A DNA stretch of 43,964 bases, counting the filler, from Catajapyx aquilonaris (Eukaryota), in the NCBI GenBank assembly GCA_000934665.2. It is 2 parts of 2 records of this genome, joined end to end, with 100 filler letters (N's around TTAATTAATTAA, not from the genome) between each part and the next. Parts side by side here need not be neighbours in the genome. Positions count along the whole stretch, not along the records: positions 1 to 21,785 come from KZ539448.1; 1 more part is not named here. One strand, 5' to 3'. The position numbers and the translations under genes are program-made. This document shows, piece by piece, positions 1 through 13,315 of this stretch; the stretch's first letter is position 1; each line of letters starts with the position of its first letter. Under the pieces are notes generated by a model. That model was not told the origin of the DNA, did no database searches, and saw only the letters and a list, made by a program, of their open reading frames with translations.

Positions 1-261
1 GAACTTGCATAAGGGCATTTCCATGGGAATTTGAATTGATATATTGTTGTAAGTTAATTGTTAAGGCCCGAGAAGAGAGAAGATTCGGGAATATGCGCGT
101 TGTGGGAGTTAGGTACATTTTCGGAAGCTGAAACATGCGGCATTAAATTCCTTGAAAAATGTAACCCCCGATATGCTAATTTAAGGCGGTGTAGGGGCCT
201 TCCCCAGGATTTCTATAAGGGACAAACATCTGACAAACTTCCTTATTTATAGATATATAGA
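1..261 (-). mobile_element. 5' part of a non-autonomous Helitron-like element (runs off window start)
   Basis: Minus strand reads A|TCTATATATCTATAAATAAGGAAGTTTGTCAGATGTTTGTCC..., resembling the TC-TATA...GTTTGT 5' termini of invertebrate Helitrons. The 3' end is not in the window. Confidence 0.45.
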
Positions 262-269
262 TAGAAGAC

Positions 270-270
<1 letters not shown>

Positions 271-333
<63 letters not shown>
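271..333 (+). repeat. (GATA)n microsatellite, about 15 copies
   Basis: Directly visible. Confidence 0.98.
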
Positions 334-1390
334 TATTTATAGATATAGATAGATATAGAAAAAGTGTTGCTAGTGCTATTGTTGAAATTCAGACAGCAAG
401 TGGATTATTTATTTCTCAAGCCGAAATACTAGGGCTATACTTGCTATCATAAGTCACATTTATGTGAAAAGATGATTATTAAACATGATCATGCAAAATT
501 TAAATTTTGTCGATGCTATGTGTAATTGACAAAAAGAAACCTAATGCAAGTATACTCGTATACAGTAAGTTGGCTGCAAAGTACGGTGCGGATACAGGTG
601 ATGTATATCAGAGCAAATATACCGTACAGTGTATTACAATATTGGTTCCATCTTCCAATGATCGATAAACTAGGTCAAACTACATAAACTAATAAAACAA
701 TACATTGCCCAATACTTTCTCGCAAGTACAGTATTGAGAAACCAACTGTATAGTCTAATAACACTACTACTGTACTGTGAATTTTTATTTTATAATCAGT
801 AACGACTGACAATTTATAACTTATATATTCTACACGGCGGTAAGAGATTCATGCGAAGGATAATGTCATACTGAACTATATCATCCACTCAAATTATTCA
901 GCACACAACTCATTGTTATTAATAATTTTACAGTGGCAAGGTAGACTGGCATAATGAAATAGTACATGGGTTGAAACGTCGCGTGGACAAGCAGAATGAA
1001 TTACTCATGTTGACCAGACAAGGACGAGATTACTCTTTCAGTCAAACGATGGCAACATATTCTACACAACATAATTAATAGCAGGAATTTACGTAACCGA
1101 TATCGCTGCAAACATGACTTACTTATTTCTCATCGCATAAGATACCATCAGAATTTGTCAATTTACATGTCATTATAGTCTACTGACGAGATATTAATAT
1201 TTTACAGAAATGTAATAAACCGATTTTAATTTAGGTCGTCTTATTTTTGTTCGCAACTGCAAGCTCTCACTACTGCAACATTTTCCGGAGAATAAATAGA
1301 TCGCACGAGTCTCCCAGTACATATCTCGAGGGCATGAAGTTGCGACAGAGCTAGAAGGAAATATTAAGAGAGCCGAGTAAACGACGATAC

Positions 1391-1558
1391 CTTGGTCTCT
1401 AATGTTTGCCTTCTTCCAGGACCAGTTTTCTTACAAGTCTCATTTCCTGCTGGAGAGTGGGATCCACCCCCAGTTATTGAGCGTATCGAGCATTTCCCCA
1501 GCTGTTTCTAGGATCCTGTAGGCAAATGCAAGGGAGATTATCTCTCCCTCGCCTTCAT
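1391..1558 (-). pseudogene. Decayed C-type lectin exon (pro-segment plus N-terminal half of domain)
   Basis: Translation KARER*SPLHLPTGS*KQLGKCSIRSITGGGSHSPAGNETCKKTG. It has (C)P-x9-C spacing followed by a second Cys, and ends at an AAG|GTATCG donor. Confidence 0.4.
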
Positions 1559-2746
1559 CCACCCCCTACCACCCCACCTTCTTCTCCATTGCACTCTCCC
1601 ACCAACTGCTCTTAGGTTTCCTCCCAGTCAAGTGTTTTCTGGCAAATTAGAGGTAAAATGTTACTGCGGTAAAATCAATTCCTGTTTGGCTGCTGAGAGT
1701 ACTTTTCTTGGTGTTAGCTCAGTTCCATGCAGTTTAAGCCAGGTCCACTGCCTATCATCAACTGTTATGCAAAGAAGTGGAATCGGCGTTAGTTAAAATT
1801 AAGCGCACCAAAAATAAACAGATTTTGAGTTTACAGGAGGAACTTATCGAACAGTAATTAAAATGTAATTGGCAGTTTGGAAGAGAACAAAGCAGTCACT
1901 TTAAGTAATAACAAGACAATGTTGCATGATCAGTTCTGAAGGTGGCCAGGGTTCGTTGTGTAATAATGAGATAATTGCATAAGCTGGCTACTATTTTCAA
2001 TGCGTACGCTACTCTGTATTTTTAAAATGCTCTAAATGCGTTTGACAGACGGTTGCGAATGCTTACATAAGCCGCCCAGCACACCCTATAGAGGCAATTA
2101 TTACATTAACCCAAACTCTGAGCTTCAAATTGGATCCCTCTGCATTATATCCAACCCAGTGTTTACACTGTAATTATAACACCGAAAAGTTTGGCCGTTG
2201 AATTTTTTTCGATTAATAATCCGGAACGCGCTACGTTAACATTAAAAGAGGAAAGCCCCCGTTATGATGCGCTCAAAGAATCAAAACTGCCTGAATCCCA
2301 ATTGCTTCTAACCATCGTTATTTTCCAGGCAAGCTTCTCTCATTGCCCCTGGAACCACCCGGGTTTTCTGCAGTAACGAGCACAACCCGTTTCCTTCGGG
2401 AAATGCAGCATGTAGCCTAAGCCCAGGAAACACTGCCTAGGAGCAGAACGCAACTATCGGTATAAAATTGGACTGGAAGATTATTCCTCCGGCAGTAGCT
2501 GCTGGGTCGGCCGTGGTAAATAATCCCTGGCGCACAGGCCTACCAAGAAGAGAGAGACTATATAGAAGCTATAGTCGGTGCATGCGCCGTTGCTTCCTCA
2601 GCCAAAGGAAACTGAGCCGACTTGGCTCTTCGTAGAGATGGAAATACTCAGAAACGAGTAGGGTTAACGGAGCAGAAGATACAAATTGCGGGCTACTCGG
2701 AGCCGTGACTGGCAAGCAGCATGCAGATGCGACCCAGCATTTTCAG

Positions 2747-3110
2747 ATATGCGAAGATATATCCTGGTCCACTGTCCGGTTTGTGCTCAACCAATCGCTG
2801 CTATTCAAGATCGCTGCTATACCATTTTTTCGAAGAAGAAAAAAAAGCCTGCTAGAGCAGAGGCGATTTGACGATACTTGAGTACCCATAATTGAAGGAA
2901 GGGTTTGGCGAAGAAATTTCAGCGCGAAGGCCATGTGTTCCCGAAGCGCCATCATTCATTGGAGAGGAACTGAAACTGACGTTCCGGGCCAAATGAGCTT
3001 CCTACATTTCAGAGGAGACGTCAACATCGCTATAAGGTTTGTGCCTCCAGGGCATAACTCATTGTGTGCATATGACTAATTGCTCCGATGATACAACCGG
3101 GCTCATTTAG
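2747..3110 (+). pseudogene. Decayed C-type lectin domain
   Basis: After a TTTTCAG acceptor: MRRYILVHCPVCAQPIAAIQDRCYTIFSKKKKKPARAEAI*RYL...GLAK, then frameshifted APSFIG and THCVHMTNC. The order matches CTL motifs CP..CY..A...C..LA..WIG..CV.M..C. Confidence 0.6.
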
Positions 3111-3599
3111 TCAGTTTTCGATTATCATAAGCCGGCATAATTGGGAGCCTGTTGCAAAATGGCATAATTATATCGCGCGTCAAATTGGTTTGAAAAATCA
3201 TAACTTGTGTGTGAAAACATATCGATTGGTTATCAGGTGATAAGCAATTTTTTTCAACATTGGGTGATTGAGCCAACCTGAAATATTAATTTTGTAACTA
3301 ATAAATGTCGACTTCACGTACAGTCCAGAAAGAGTTTTATAAATTCTTGTTTATTCTGCGTGGCTAATAGCTAATAACTGCGTTCCTGATTATCACATGC
3401 ATTTTGGAGAACTGGGGAAAAACAGCGCCCGTCTGTGATAGGAGCGCATTCACTTCGACTCATTTTGTTTGGCTTAATTAGGCCAATTCATAAAACCGGC
3501 GCAAGGTTGTTAACATTGCCTCACATTATGCTGTACAGTGCAACATGATTAGGTCACTGACGTGGTGGGCAGTGGAAAGCACTTCCTACAGATAAGCAT

Positions 3600-5190
3600 C
3601 CACCCATATATTTGCAACAATCCTCCGGAATCGAAAATCAATCAGATCAGCTCCACAATCGGGCAAATATCCAGCCACCTCCATTGCATATACAGTTCGG
3701 TGGTGACATCGTTTTTCTATCCTTGTGTACTCCCACTCTTAAAACGTATATGCAGGAAAATGAATTGGCACTACATGTATTACATAAGACCAATTTGATG
3801 TGTTTCAGAAACGGTGGTGGCTAGTTGGTAAGTGAAAAGCTACAGACTACTTAGCCTGGCAACCAGTTCAATGCGAAACAGCATTCTCCCTCTTTGAACT
3901 GGTTGCTAGGACAAACAATCTGCAAATCCTCTGAACTGGATCCATCTAACTCTAACAAAAGGTATACTGGTACGAGACTAATTAGCAATGATTACTACTC
4001 AAAATCGTCTGGAAACAGCTTTTGGCAGCGAAACCCAAATGATGTAAGCCAATTACATGAAAGCCGCCATGTTGGTTCCTGAGAAAAGGAGTCGGCAGGA
4101 TGTAGGAAGAGGGGCGATAATAAGCGCTCTCTCAGCACACATAATTATATATGGTCAATCTAGACCAATATCACAGCCGGGAAGTCTGGGGCGTCACCGT
4201 GGTGACATTGTCTTACGTAATCATCAAGTGAGATTGCAATATGTTACTATGGGAACAAACACTGCAATGTTGAGCTGAAGAGGGAATTAGGTTTATACAC
4301 ATCCTGATGAACACCTATATGTCATATTTTTGACACACAAATTCCATGCATAATAAAGCCACAAAATTATGAGTCACATCCTATCAGCAGAAATGCGTAC
4401 AAGTGTTGCGAATATTCTTAACCAGAGCCGCTATATCACTTCAAAAAAAAATCCGGTTTCAAAAGCCTCCGCCGCAGCAGTCTGTGTCTTTCACCAAGCC
4501 CAGGCAGATAGCCATCGTGGTTTAAGGAGTGAGTGGAAGCTCCTCCAGCTCTTCCTCTATAGTAAGCCGTGAATTTTCACCCTCTCTCCACACACACCCA
4601 ACCCGCCCCCCACACCCTTTCCATGAAGTTTCCGGGGAGAAAAGAAAACACGTTGAAAGGCCGCGTCTATCCGGAGGAATTTACGTGGCCGCCCCACCGG
4701 CTACGACTGCCAATTGTGTCAAATCGTTGGCTTTGGCCACTAGCAAGAGGAGGATTGATGATCGATACCAAGGCTCCAGGGACTCCAGAGAGAGGCTATA
4801 TGGTTAGGTGCTGGATCAAAACGCAGCCCGATCACGTCCGAATCCAGTTTCGGACCAGGGGTTTTTGGGCCTGCTTCCAGGAGATCCGACAACCCCGAAC
4901 GGGCCGCACTGCAGGAAGATTACACCATAATCTGCCAATTTATTAACCAGATTACAAAGGAGGCAGGGGTGGTGGGGAGAAGAAGCCTTAGAATCCCGTT
5001 TTTTTTTGGGGGGGGGGGGGGGGGACTTGAAAAGAGAGTGACATGCCGAAAACCTCCCCATTTTGTGGACAGCACAGGCCTTTCCATTAACCAGATCTGA
5101 TATTAAAGCAGGACGGTGGTCACAGCGATGGGTTAATCTCTCGGCGAAATTATGCGCCATTCATCACGCGTTTTCTTGCAAAAATCCGGG
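3600..5190 (+). pseudogene. Further decayed tandem CTL domains (probable continuation of the 2747 relic)
   Basis: Fragments in order: HPYICNN; HCIY...PC...ICRK; LNWLLGQTICKS; VCVFHQ...EWK...KP*IF; FPGRKENTLKGRVYPEEFTW; ANCVKSLALAT; GRWSQR...HAFSCKN. Many stops and frameshifts. Confidence 0.45.
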
Positions 5191-5719
5191 CAGAGGAAAT
5201 ATATGGGGCACTGGACACGCGCCATGGAGTCAAGGGATAGTTGGCAAGTCTGTAGTATAGTGCCAACCAAATAGTGTTTCGTCCATGTTACTCTTAATCA
5301 CTGAAGAAACTCAATATCTGCTTATTTGATCTTATACCTAATAAAACAGAAAGATTGTCTGTATGTACGGGATACCTAACCCACTTCCGGAATACGAAAT
5401 GTAAGCCTACTGAAACTTTGCACACTGATGATTTGAGTGCCGCTGACTGAGAGAAAGTCCGAGATCTCAAATAAAGGAAATAGTGCAAGCTCAGTTGCAA
5501 TTATTATCCGGACGTCCAGTGTAAGAGAGGTCTAATTAACCCTCGGTGATCGGAAAAAGCCCGTTTGCTTCCGCTTATTATTAGTTCACTTATGCGGATC
5601 CAAATTTGCGGCGTATGTTTCGCTCAATGGAGCACGGAAACAATGTGCGACAAGGACAATTCCCCCATTCCCTACCCAGCTAGTTAGCCAGAAGGGGGGG
5701 GGGGATAGAAAAAGAAAGC

Positions 5720-6216
5720 CGCGGATATAATATATGAAACTATGGGATTGTTCTGGTCGCGATCGAGTGCGCCGGGCGGAGCATTTCACAGGCCAACAGG
5801 TATTCGCCAATTGTTCCCGTGTCCGGATGAATGTGTAACTCGTGGCGAAGCCTTTACGGATGTCTGAACCGGAATTACATTTAATTAAGCCGCTCGCATG
5901 AATTGAGGCCAATAAGGACCGCATTTGTACCTGTCCAACACAGGCGGGTTCGGTTGGGTAAAAAAATTGTTCAAAGAAGGGGGAGACCTGAATCGAAATC
6001 CTTCTCAACAATCCTGGCCACTCAACAGATCACAATAGAACCCCCTTTTTTACGGAAAGGGAATTCAAAAGCAGGCATAAATCGTGAGGCTAAGGCAAGG
6101 GCAATTAAATGGGTACGGAAATGGACCCACCGCGCAACAATATCACTCAGCGAAAATGTTTCGCTAATTTTCCATGAAACAGAGGGATAGCGATCCCTCA
6201 TCGTGCCAAGCCACAA
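5720..6216 (-). pseudogene. Decayed CTL domain fragments
   Basis: WLG...SW...VIC followed by EPACVGQVQMRSLLASIHAS (C...LASIH motif), both in the supplied minus-strand ORFs. Confidence 0.4.
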
Positions 6217-6283
6217 GTCATGCCTGGAAAATCGAAATTCAGACTGATCATTATATTCGTTCGGTCATACCCCCCGCCTCCCA

Positions 6284-6306
6284 NNNNNNNNNNNNNNNNN
6301 NNNNNN
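6284..6306. other. Assembly gap (23 N)
   Basis: N run next to a poly-C tract. Confidence 0.99.
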
Positions 6307-6485
6307 GCCCCCCCCCCCCTCTTTTCCATCTCTGGAAAACACCATTTGAAAATGGAAAGAGAGAGTAGGTATGCCTGAATATTCTAATCGTGGGAACATC
6401 GATCATGCGATGTGGTACTGTAGAGCTCTGAAGCTTCTCCTCCCGCATGAGAGAGCATCGCCAGCATCCCCAACAATACACTTCT

Positions 6486-6511
6486 GTTGCTACAGTTGCT
6501 ACAGTTGCTAC
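6486..6511 (+). repeat. 9-bp tandem repeat (GTTGCTACA)x3
   Basis: Directly visible. Confidence 0.9.
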
Positions 6512-6944
6512 TTGCACACGTTCATTATACTATAGTAAACTTCAGCCTGCCGAAATAAACTATTATTTTGCTATAGAGAATTACTACCTAGCTAGTATCT
6601 CTGTCTACTGATGGACATGGAGCAGCTTTTGTCCGTAGATTGCTGCATAACTGTGGACGCATTTGCCGCATCACTTGCTTCATGTTTGTTTCCAGCTTGC
6701 ATTAAAACCAATGCTCGAAAAGCTTTTCCGGACTCAAGTTTCCAGCTCCAGCAGAATACGATTCCCCTCTGGCAAACCGGGCATCACGCAAATGGCATAA
6801 TAAACCGCGGAAAATGATAACTCGGGTTGGCCAGGGCGTAAACAGGGGGGCGCAGGTGCTGGGCTTCCCCCGGACTTTGGACCAGGAGAAAAGAGAGAGC
6901 TTCCCCCGGAAAAGACATCACCAGAAAGCGCATTTTCAGCGCAT

Positions 6945-7680
6945 TTGCCTTTAATGGATCCCTATTCGGCCACCCTTCGTCACGCTCCGGTCAATTTGTC
7001 TAACGATCCATTTGTAGATTTTATGACAACATTTCAGCCGTGCCGGGATACTCCAGAGAGTGGAAAAGCGAGTTGTGTGACCCTATCTATTACGCATGTA
7101 GCACGTCCGGCCCCAACAGCTAGAAAACAACCGCAATGGCTCGCTCATTGGTCGTATCCCTTGGAATTATTAGCCCCTCTGCCCCTTAGTTTTTTTTCTA
7201 GTTACAAGGGGGAAAAGTGACGGCCGGACATTAAGCAGCGTCTGATGCACGTACCCTGTACCCCAGGGCGGCCCCCGGCACACACTGTACAGTTTCTACA
7301 CGTGCTGGGAACCCAGCTCATCTGGGACCAATTGGCCGAATTAAAGGCAATTTCAGGGGGGAACCAACCAGCCGCCAACACCTTCCGTTTTCCGGATGTA
7401 CCTGGCGCGTGCTTCTAATTCCTCATTAGGTCTTGTCACCAGGGCTTGGTGACAACAGCTCGAGGGAGGTGTCATGCCTCTGCCTCCATGTTTGTATGTA
7501 AGGTGGCCTTGTGGACTAAATGGGCTACATGAATGTTTCAACCGGTGGCATACACTTGGCCCTATTGCTGCATGTTATAGACTGTGACTTTTTAGGTCCG
7601 AGAGTGGACTTTTGACGCGTGGGTGCTTGAAGGTGAGGAAGAAGTGAGAGTGTCTGGAATGGCTTTGTGCCGAGACCGGG
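6945..7680 (+). pseudogene. Possible decayed CTL domains
   Basis: SCVTLS...HW; GTHC; QLIWDQ; AACYRL; AWVLEGEEE...ALCRD, spread across frames. Confidence 0.3.
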
Positions 7681-8500
7681 AGATTAATAGAGCAGCAATT
7701 TAAATCGATATTATCTCTCCGGAACCCCCACCGCCGCCGGCAAAGGCTGCTGGAGCGATCCCGTGAAGGAGGCTACTCCGCCATCGATCTGTTCTCTTCC
7801 CGGGGAGAGAACCCAGCCACCACCAGCCCCCCTCTCTCTCTGCCCAAAAAAAACTTGGACCCCCCCCCCCCCCCTCTCTCTCACACACACATTTTTTTTT
7901 CTCTTAAAAAAATTTCGGCGGAGGCACATGAGATCTTGGGGACGGAGCGTATCAGGAACCGCGCGCTCACTTAACCCGGCAAGTTTTATTCCCCACCGCC
8001 CATTCTTTCCTCAGCCATTACCCCTGGCCTTTCATCCCATCCTTATATCCATGCGCTACCCCAGCAAGCTTCCACCACTAGATTTGCTTCTCCAGCCGGA
8101 GAAATCTTCCTCTCAGCTCCTCCCAAGCATTACCTTCATCTCCTGAATCTCACGGCATCCCATGGACCACGCCAGTCAGCACGAAAAACGAAGGAAGAAA
8201 GGGAAGATGGGGAGGAGAAGAGAGGAAAAGAAGAAGAATCACGCAACTTGTCTCGACCGATTGTTCCTGGCTCGAGCTATAATAATAGCGGAGAAGTCGC
8301 AGAAGGTTGTTGGAAAGAAGTGGTTCCCTTTTTTTGTGGGGCTTCGCCTTTAAAAGAGGGCGAGGTCTTGTTAGAATGCCTGCTTATATTTGGTCAATTG
8401 CGCATTGCAAATTACATCGTACGTGATCAGAACATGTGAGTCGCAACACACTAATTGCGTCACGTGATTCACTAGCTACTCCCGTTTCTGGGAAATGTGG

Positions 8501-8537
8501 TGATGATGATGATGACGATGATGATGATGATGATGAT
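8501..8537 (+). repeat. (GAT)n microsatellite
   Basis: Directly visible, one interruption. Confidence 0.95.
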
Positions 8538-9655
8538 ATCACTTCAATTGACTGTCAATATTAATCAAGTGCTTGCAGTACCGTCATTTGGATGTACAGT
8601 GTAAACATGGCAGATTAAAGTTTCTCTTATCAAAAGTCGGGGAATGTTTGGTGAACCACAAGGCACGATAAAAATATCCCAGTGCACCTACACTAGTTGC
8701 AAATAGCACTACATCACTTTACACAGCAAAACATGTCAGAAATATGTATATTATGTAGGCTGTCATTCTGCAAATTATCTGGATTAGATTCATCAAACTT
8801 TACACTAATAGTTACCTTTTCATTTGAATATATTCTTGTGCAGTTCGGCTACGGAAATTTACAAAACATAATAATTTGATCCATAATCGTGAGAAAGTAC
8901 TGAATAAATTCGACCCACAAAATATCGAGGGAGTTACTTCCAACCGCAAACAAATTTGAATATATCCCAAGATGTCTCAAAATATCTGGCAAATTTATTC
9001 TCATGCATGGAAGTACTTTTCCAATGTTTTCTGAGCGCCAGGATTTGACGGATTTTGAAGTTGAGACACTTCAAGCATTGCTCAAATTTTCCGGCTGTCA
9101 ACCGCATTATTCCGACGCAGACGTTACGCCCAGTTGCGGGGGGTTGAATCCAGAGAATAAAGTCGCAACGTGGGCATATGACCAAACTTGTGTTGTGTTT
9201 TTTTTTTACCCTGCATTAATCCAGCCACAGTATGTTTCGTATATGTGAGTGTGTGCGAGTATATTCGGGGGGAAAAAACTAAAGCGGCCTGGTGAGCTCG
9301 AGAGTTTTGTTAACTTCGCAGGTCCTCGCTTCAAAAATCAATCCGGAGCCTTTTGTGGAGCTCGAATCAGTCGAGGAACATATTCACACAAAAGAGACGA
9401 CCAAAATTTACCTGTTCTCTACAACATATTGGACGAAAGCAGCTCGTACACACTTTTATATATTTCGATTATTTTTTTTTGCAGAAATTTAGAGCCCTCT
9501 CCATACACTTTATGACCACCACCAGCATGTGATATTGCATGCAGTTAGTAGTCAAGAACATAAATTTTTTTCAGCGAGCTCAAGGGAACCAGGTAGTAGG
9601 CCAGAAAGCAATTTGTTAATGAAATTGGGCGCGGAACACGTGGCACGGAATCAGG

Positions 9656-10450
9656 TTAGTGCTCGGGCCGTTTAATGCAATGATGGACACTGGCTGGGAA
9701 ATAGGCAGCACAGGGGCCTAATGGCGGCGATGACAATCGCAAATACCCCCTCCGCGAATATTCTAAACTTGCTTGGAGGCTCCTAACTGCGTAATTAGTG
9801 CTGACTTTCATGCCGCTCATTGGCGAGTGACGATCCACCAATTGCGTTAATCTCCTCTGGTTGCCCTGTGTAGTGGTGGCCGCCATCCGATTCAGATTCA
9901 ATGTCACGTTCAATTATGACCTTCAAACGCAAGCGGATTCAGATTAAACAGTCCCGCGCCCCTTTGTGCCAAACAGCTATTCTCTATTATCCCATAGATA
10001 AGGGACCCCATGTCACAGGTCTTTTTTTTTCATTTTTAATTTCGAGGTATGACTGGCAGTGAGATGACCGCATATTAATGTCAATGCTAGGATTGCATAG
10101 CCCTCACACTACTGGCGAGTCCCATTTCGCACTCGGCCACTGCAATTTTAATCATTCGCGAAAATATATTATTAAATCGGAATTCCTACCGCGCTGTTCA
10201 AGAGGGGGGGGGGGTAATATTACTGCTGGTGATTAGTTTTTTGCTTGCGGACACAAGGATTACGAGTCATGCTTGTGAACGGCATGCGCTGCCAATCATG
10301 TTTTCATTTTGGTAATGAATCAAAGTGTGCATGAAGCTAAGGCACCGTGTTCGTTACACTTCGCAATTTGATTTGCCAGGAGATATATTATTGTCTTTAA
10401 GTTTCGCGGGTGACGGAGAAGCAAGGTGACTCTGGCAGGTTGAAAATGGG
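9656..10450 (-). pseudogene. Possible decayed CTL domain
   Basis: ANQIAKCNEHGALAS (about 10330-10380), then LVDRHSP...TNYA...PCAAY (9700-9845). Confidence 0.3.
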
Positions 10451-11089
10451 CCAGAATCAAAATAAAGTGATTACCACGCAGGGTTGAAATAATTCGATTT
10501 CGGCACGACTTGTAAGTAAAGGTGATCCCACACCTCCTGATAATCATGCTGAATATTTGCAAATTTTCAATTTTCACGCAACTGAGCCCATATTATGCAT
10601 GAGGTGTACTCATAATACAGGCGCACATTATCACCATATTTTCGCTAAATAATTGCCTACTCTTATTGGCCTATGTCCCCTACTCCACATGGGGAAACCC
10701 AAGTTCCCAACTAAAATTCCGTCATAGTTGCCACTTGCACGTCACATTAGCGGTTTCCAACATGAGAAGCAATCAAGTCTATTGATGCAAATAGCCATTT
10801 AATAGACATTTAATTCTCACAATAGGGGGGCACATTCCACCGGGGAGCTTTTGCGTACACGTTAAAGCAGCTTGGAACACGCAAAAAAAGGTGGGGGGCC
10901 ATAGGCGCAGAGCAATCAATGGTGACTATGGCGCTGACATTTTTGACATTTTTTCTCCTTTCAGCATTGATGGGGGATATTTAAAAGGTGCGCAAATTAT
11001 TGACAGATTCTACCTATCTGTAAGGCATTTTCAAGTGGATTAGTGCACCATTTTGTTATCAAATTGCACCCTGGGTTAGGCTTCTAAGC

Positions 11090-11261
11090 TAGGTATCAAT
11101 CGCCAGGAAACCACTCAACTCACTGATCCTTTGGTTATTTCTTATACCTCCAGAAGCTCGATCGGCATTAGGTATACACTTAAATCCCTAAGCTTGATGA
11201 ATCTTTAATGATAACTAATCTCTCACTTCTAGATGGGCAAGCTGCCTCTCTCCTCACTCTT
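11090..11261 (-). pseudogene. Decayed CTL exon with RVRR pro-segment
   Basis: After a TTTAG acceptor: RVRREAACPSRSERL, then frameshifted FKCI...KDQ*VEWFPGD*YLA. Confidence 0.5.
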
Positions 11262-11663
11262 CTAAACTTAATTTACGAGTGAAGTTTTCCTGCCCGTGAA
11301 AACCGGTACTTCCCCAACTTTTTAATAAACGGATTTGCTGCGAAATGCTGCGTACTTTTAGCAAAAAAAAATCTGAAAAGAAAAGTAACTTGGCGCTAAC
11401 AAGTTGAAGTACGGCTGCCAATGAATGACATACTCCTTTGATGTTAAATAACTAGAAAAGTCTACTACGCTGACCCTGCGAAAGGCAGAAAATGCTTACT
11501 CTTCCATCCACTGATTACGTTCCTTTTTTTCCAAGTATACAGCACTGTAACCCATTACGTATTTATAGTTGGAGAGGTCGTAGGGGCAAAAGCGAGATGG
11601 GGCTCGCATCGATTCAGGAGACAATCCTGCCATCTATCTTGCCGCATTCCTCACCTTTTCACC

Positions 11664-11725
<62 letters not shown>
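11664..11725 (+). repeat. (AAT)n microsatellite, about 20 copies
   Basis: Directly visible. Confidence 0.98.
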
Positions 11726-11728
<3 letters not shown>

Positions 11729-13315
11729 CAATAGTGACAAAATACAGACTACAGTACACGAGTAATTAAATTTAGTGCAACTGTTTCACTTGTGTGCGTT
11801 TGCCCACAGTGTTATAGTATAGCATTTATGCAGGGTGCCATAAAGGTCAGAGAAAATGGCTAATTTTGGTAATTTTGCGCATTAGGTGGTAAAATATATC
11901 ATTAATCGAAGCGGTTGGTTCACATAGTGAAAGTATATGGTTGCACGCAGGCTCCGATTTGCATGCTGCCACTCTCAATGCAGTTTCAAATACATAAAAT
12001 GCAATGTTTTAAAACAACTCCTTCAGCATATTCTACAGTTTAATCTGCCCATTGTTAGTCAACATATCATAAAAGAATAAAACCGATTTGTATGTTAATT
12101 GCAAATGTTAATTGCATATGTTAATTTCGTTATTATTGTCTCTCATGCTGAATATATTTTTGCTGTGTCCATGCAGATTCAAGTTACCTTACATCCAATC
12201 GGATATGATTGCGATACAAAATTGCACTGATTGACACACAGTCATACAGTCTACATTACATGACCATTTTTGAAGCTGGCGAGCGTAATATAATTAATGG
12301 CAGTCATAAAATTCATGTGGCTAAGACTAGATGTTTCAGAGTATATCATTATTAAAGAGAATACTGTACATTTAGTGTGTATAATATTTGTGTGTATAAT
12401 ATGTAGTGTATAATATCGATATATTTACAACTATCAATAAAGTCAAGACTATATGATTGTGAATTTACCACTTCAAATGCCTTAAATTAGTTACCAATAT
12501 TTTTATTTGCAATGTGTGTAGAGTGACATTAAGTAGAACCAATCGTTTCCTCTACAAGAACTGCTCAGTAGAGGCAAAAGGTGCCGGAATCAATTATTCA
12601 TTGGCCTCTCTTTTAGAATGTTGACCTCATTCTAAAATACCCATTTTTGTGCAGACAGCCTAATTAGGTTTTATTGTAATCGCACGAAATGTCGCAAATT
12701 TATATGGAATTTTGAGATATTCATTGGTTAAACCTGTGACACCTTCAAGTGTCAAATGGAACATATCTTATAATTAACGTGCTGTACCACAACCGGGAGT
12801 GTGGCCTTCATCCCTCGCAAAATAATACAGGTATTGGTACTGTACGTATGTAAGCACTGTATGTACTGTAAGTACTGGATGTTGTAAGAATATTTTGTGA
12901 AATGAAGGAAAATATAGGACAAACTCTTATTACGTCAGTCGATTGCCTAATTTTCTTTCATCCAACGATCCTAAGTAGCATGTCATTATTAATGAATTAT
13001 TAACTCATTTCTGGCTAGTCTGCAGAATTCATGGAATTTCTCTGCCCTCAATATATCACAATAGCATGTTTGGCTTTGAAAAAGTGTACACGAAGAAGCA
13101 CCGCATTATCCCGCAAATAATGGTCAGTTTGTTGCCAAAAAAAAGTGCAACGACACTTCTAATTTACTTAATGCTCTCAATATAAAACTGCGAGCAATAA
13201 ATCGCACCGAAGGCAGGCCTTGCTATATCGCTTGTCGGGAGCTGAAATGTAATCCCATCAATCTTTCTAGAAAACGATAACGTGGACGTTTTTATCTCCA
13301 CCAATAATATTTCAG

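Noticed and set aside
2103..2123. Spliced-leader-like sequence
   Set aside because: Weak similarity, with no GT donor or Sm site following.
2504..2625. HDV-like ribozyme (GGGTCGGC...TCCTC...GCCGAC)
   Set aside because: Order and spacing of P1/P2/P3 do not fit the nested double pseudoknot.
5425..5460. Hammerhead ribozyme (CTGATGA...GAAA)
   Set aside because: Stems I and III cannot be formed convincingly.
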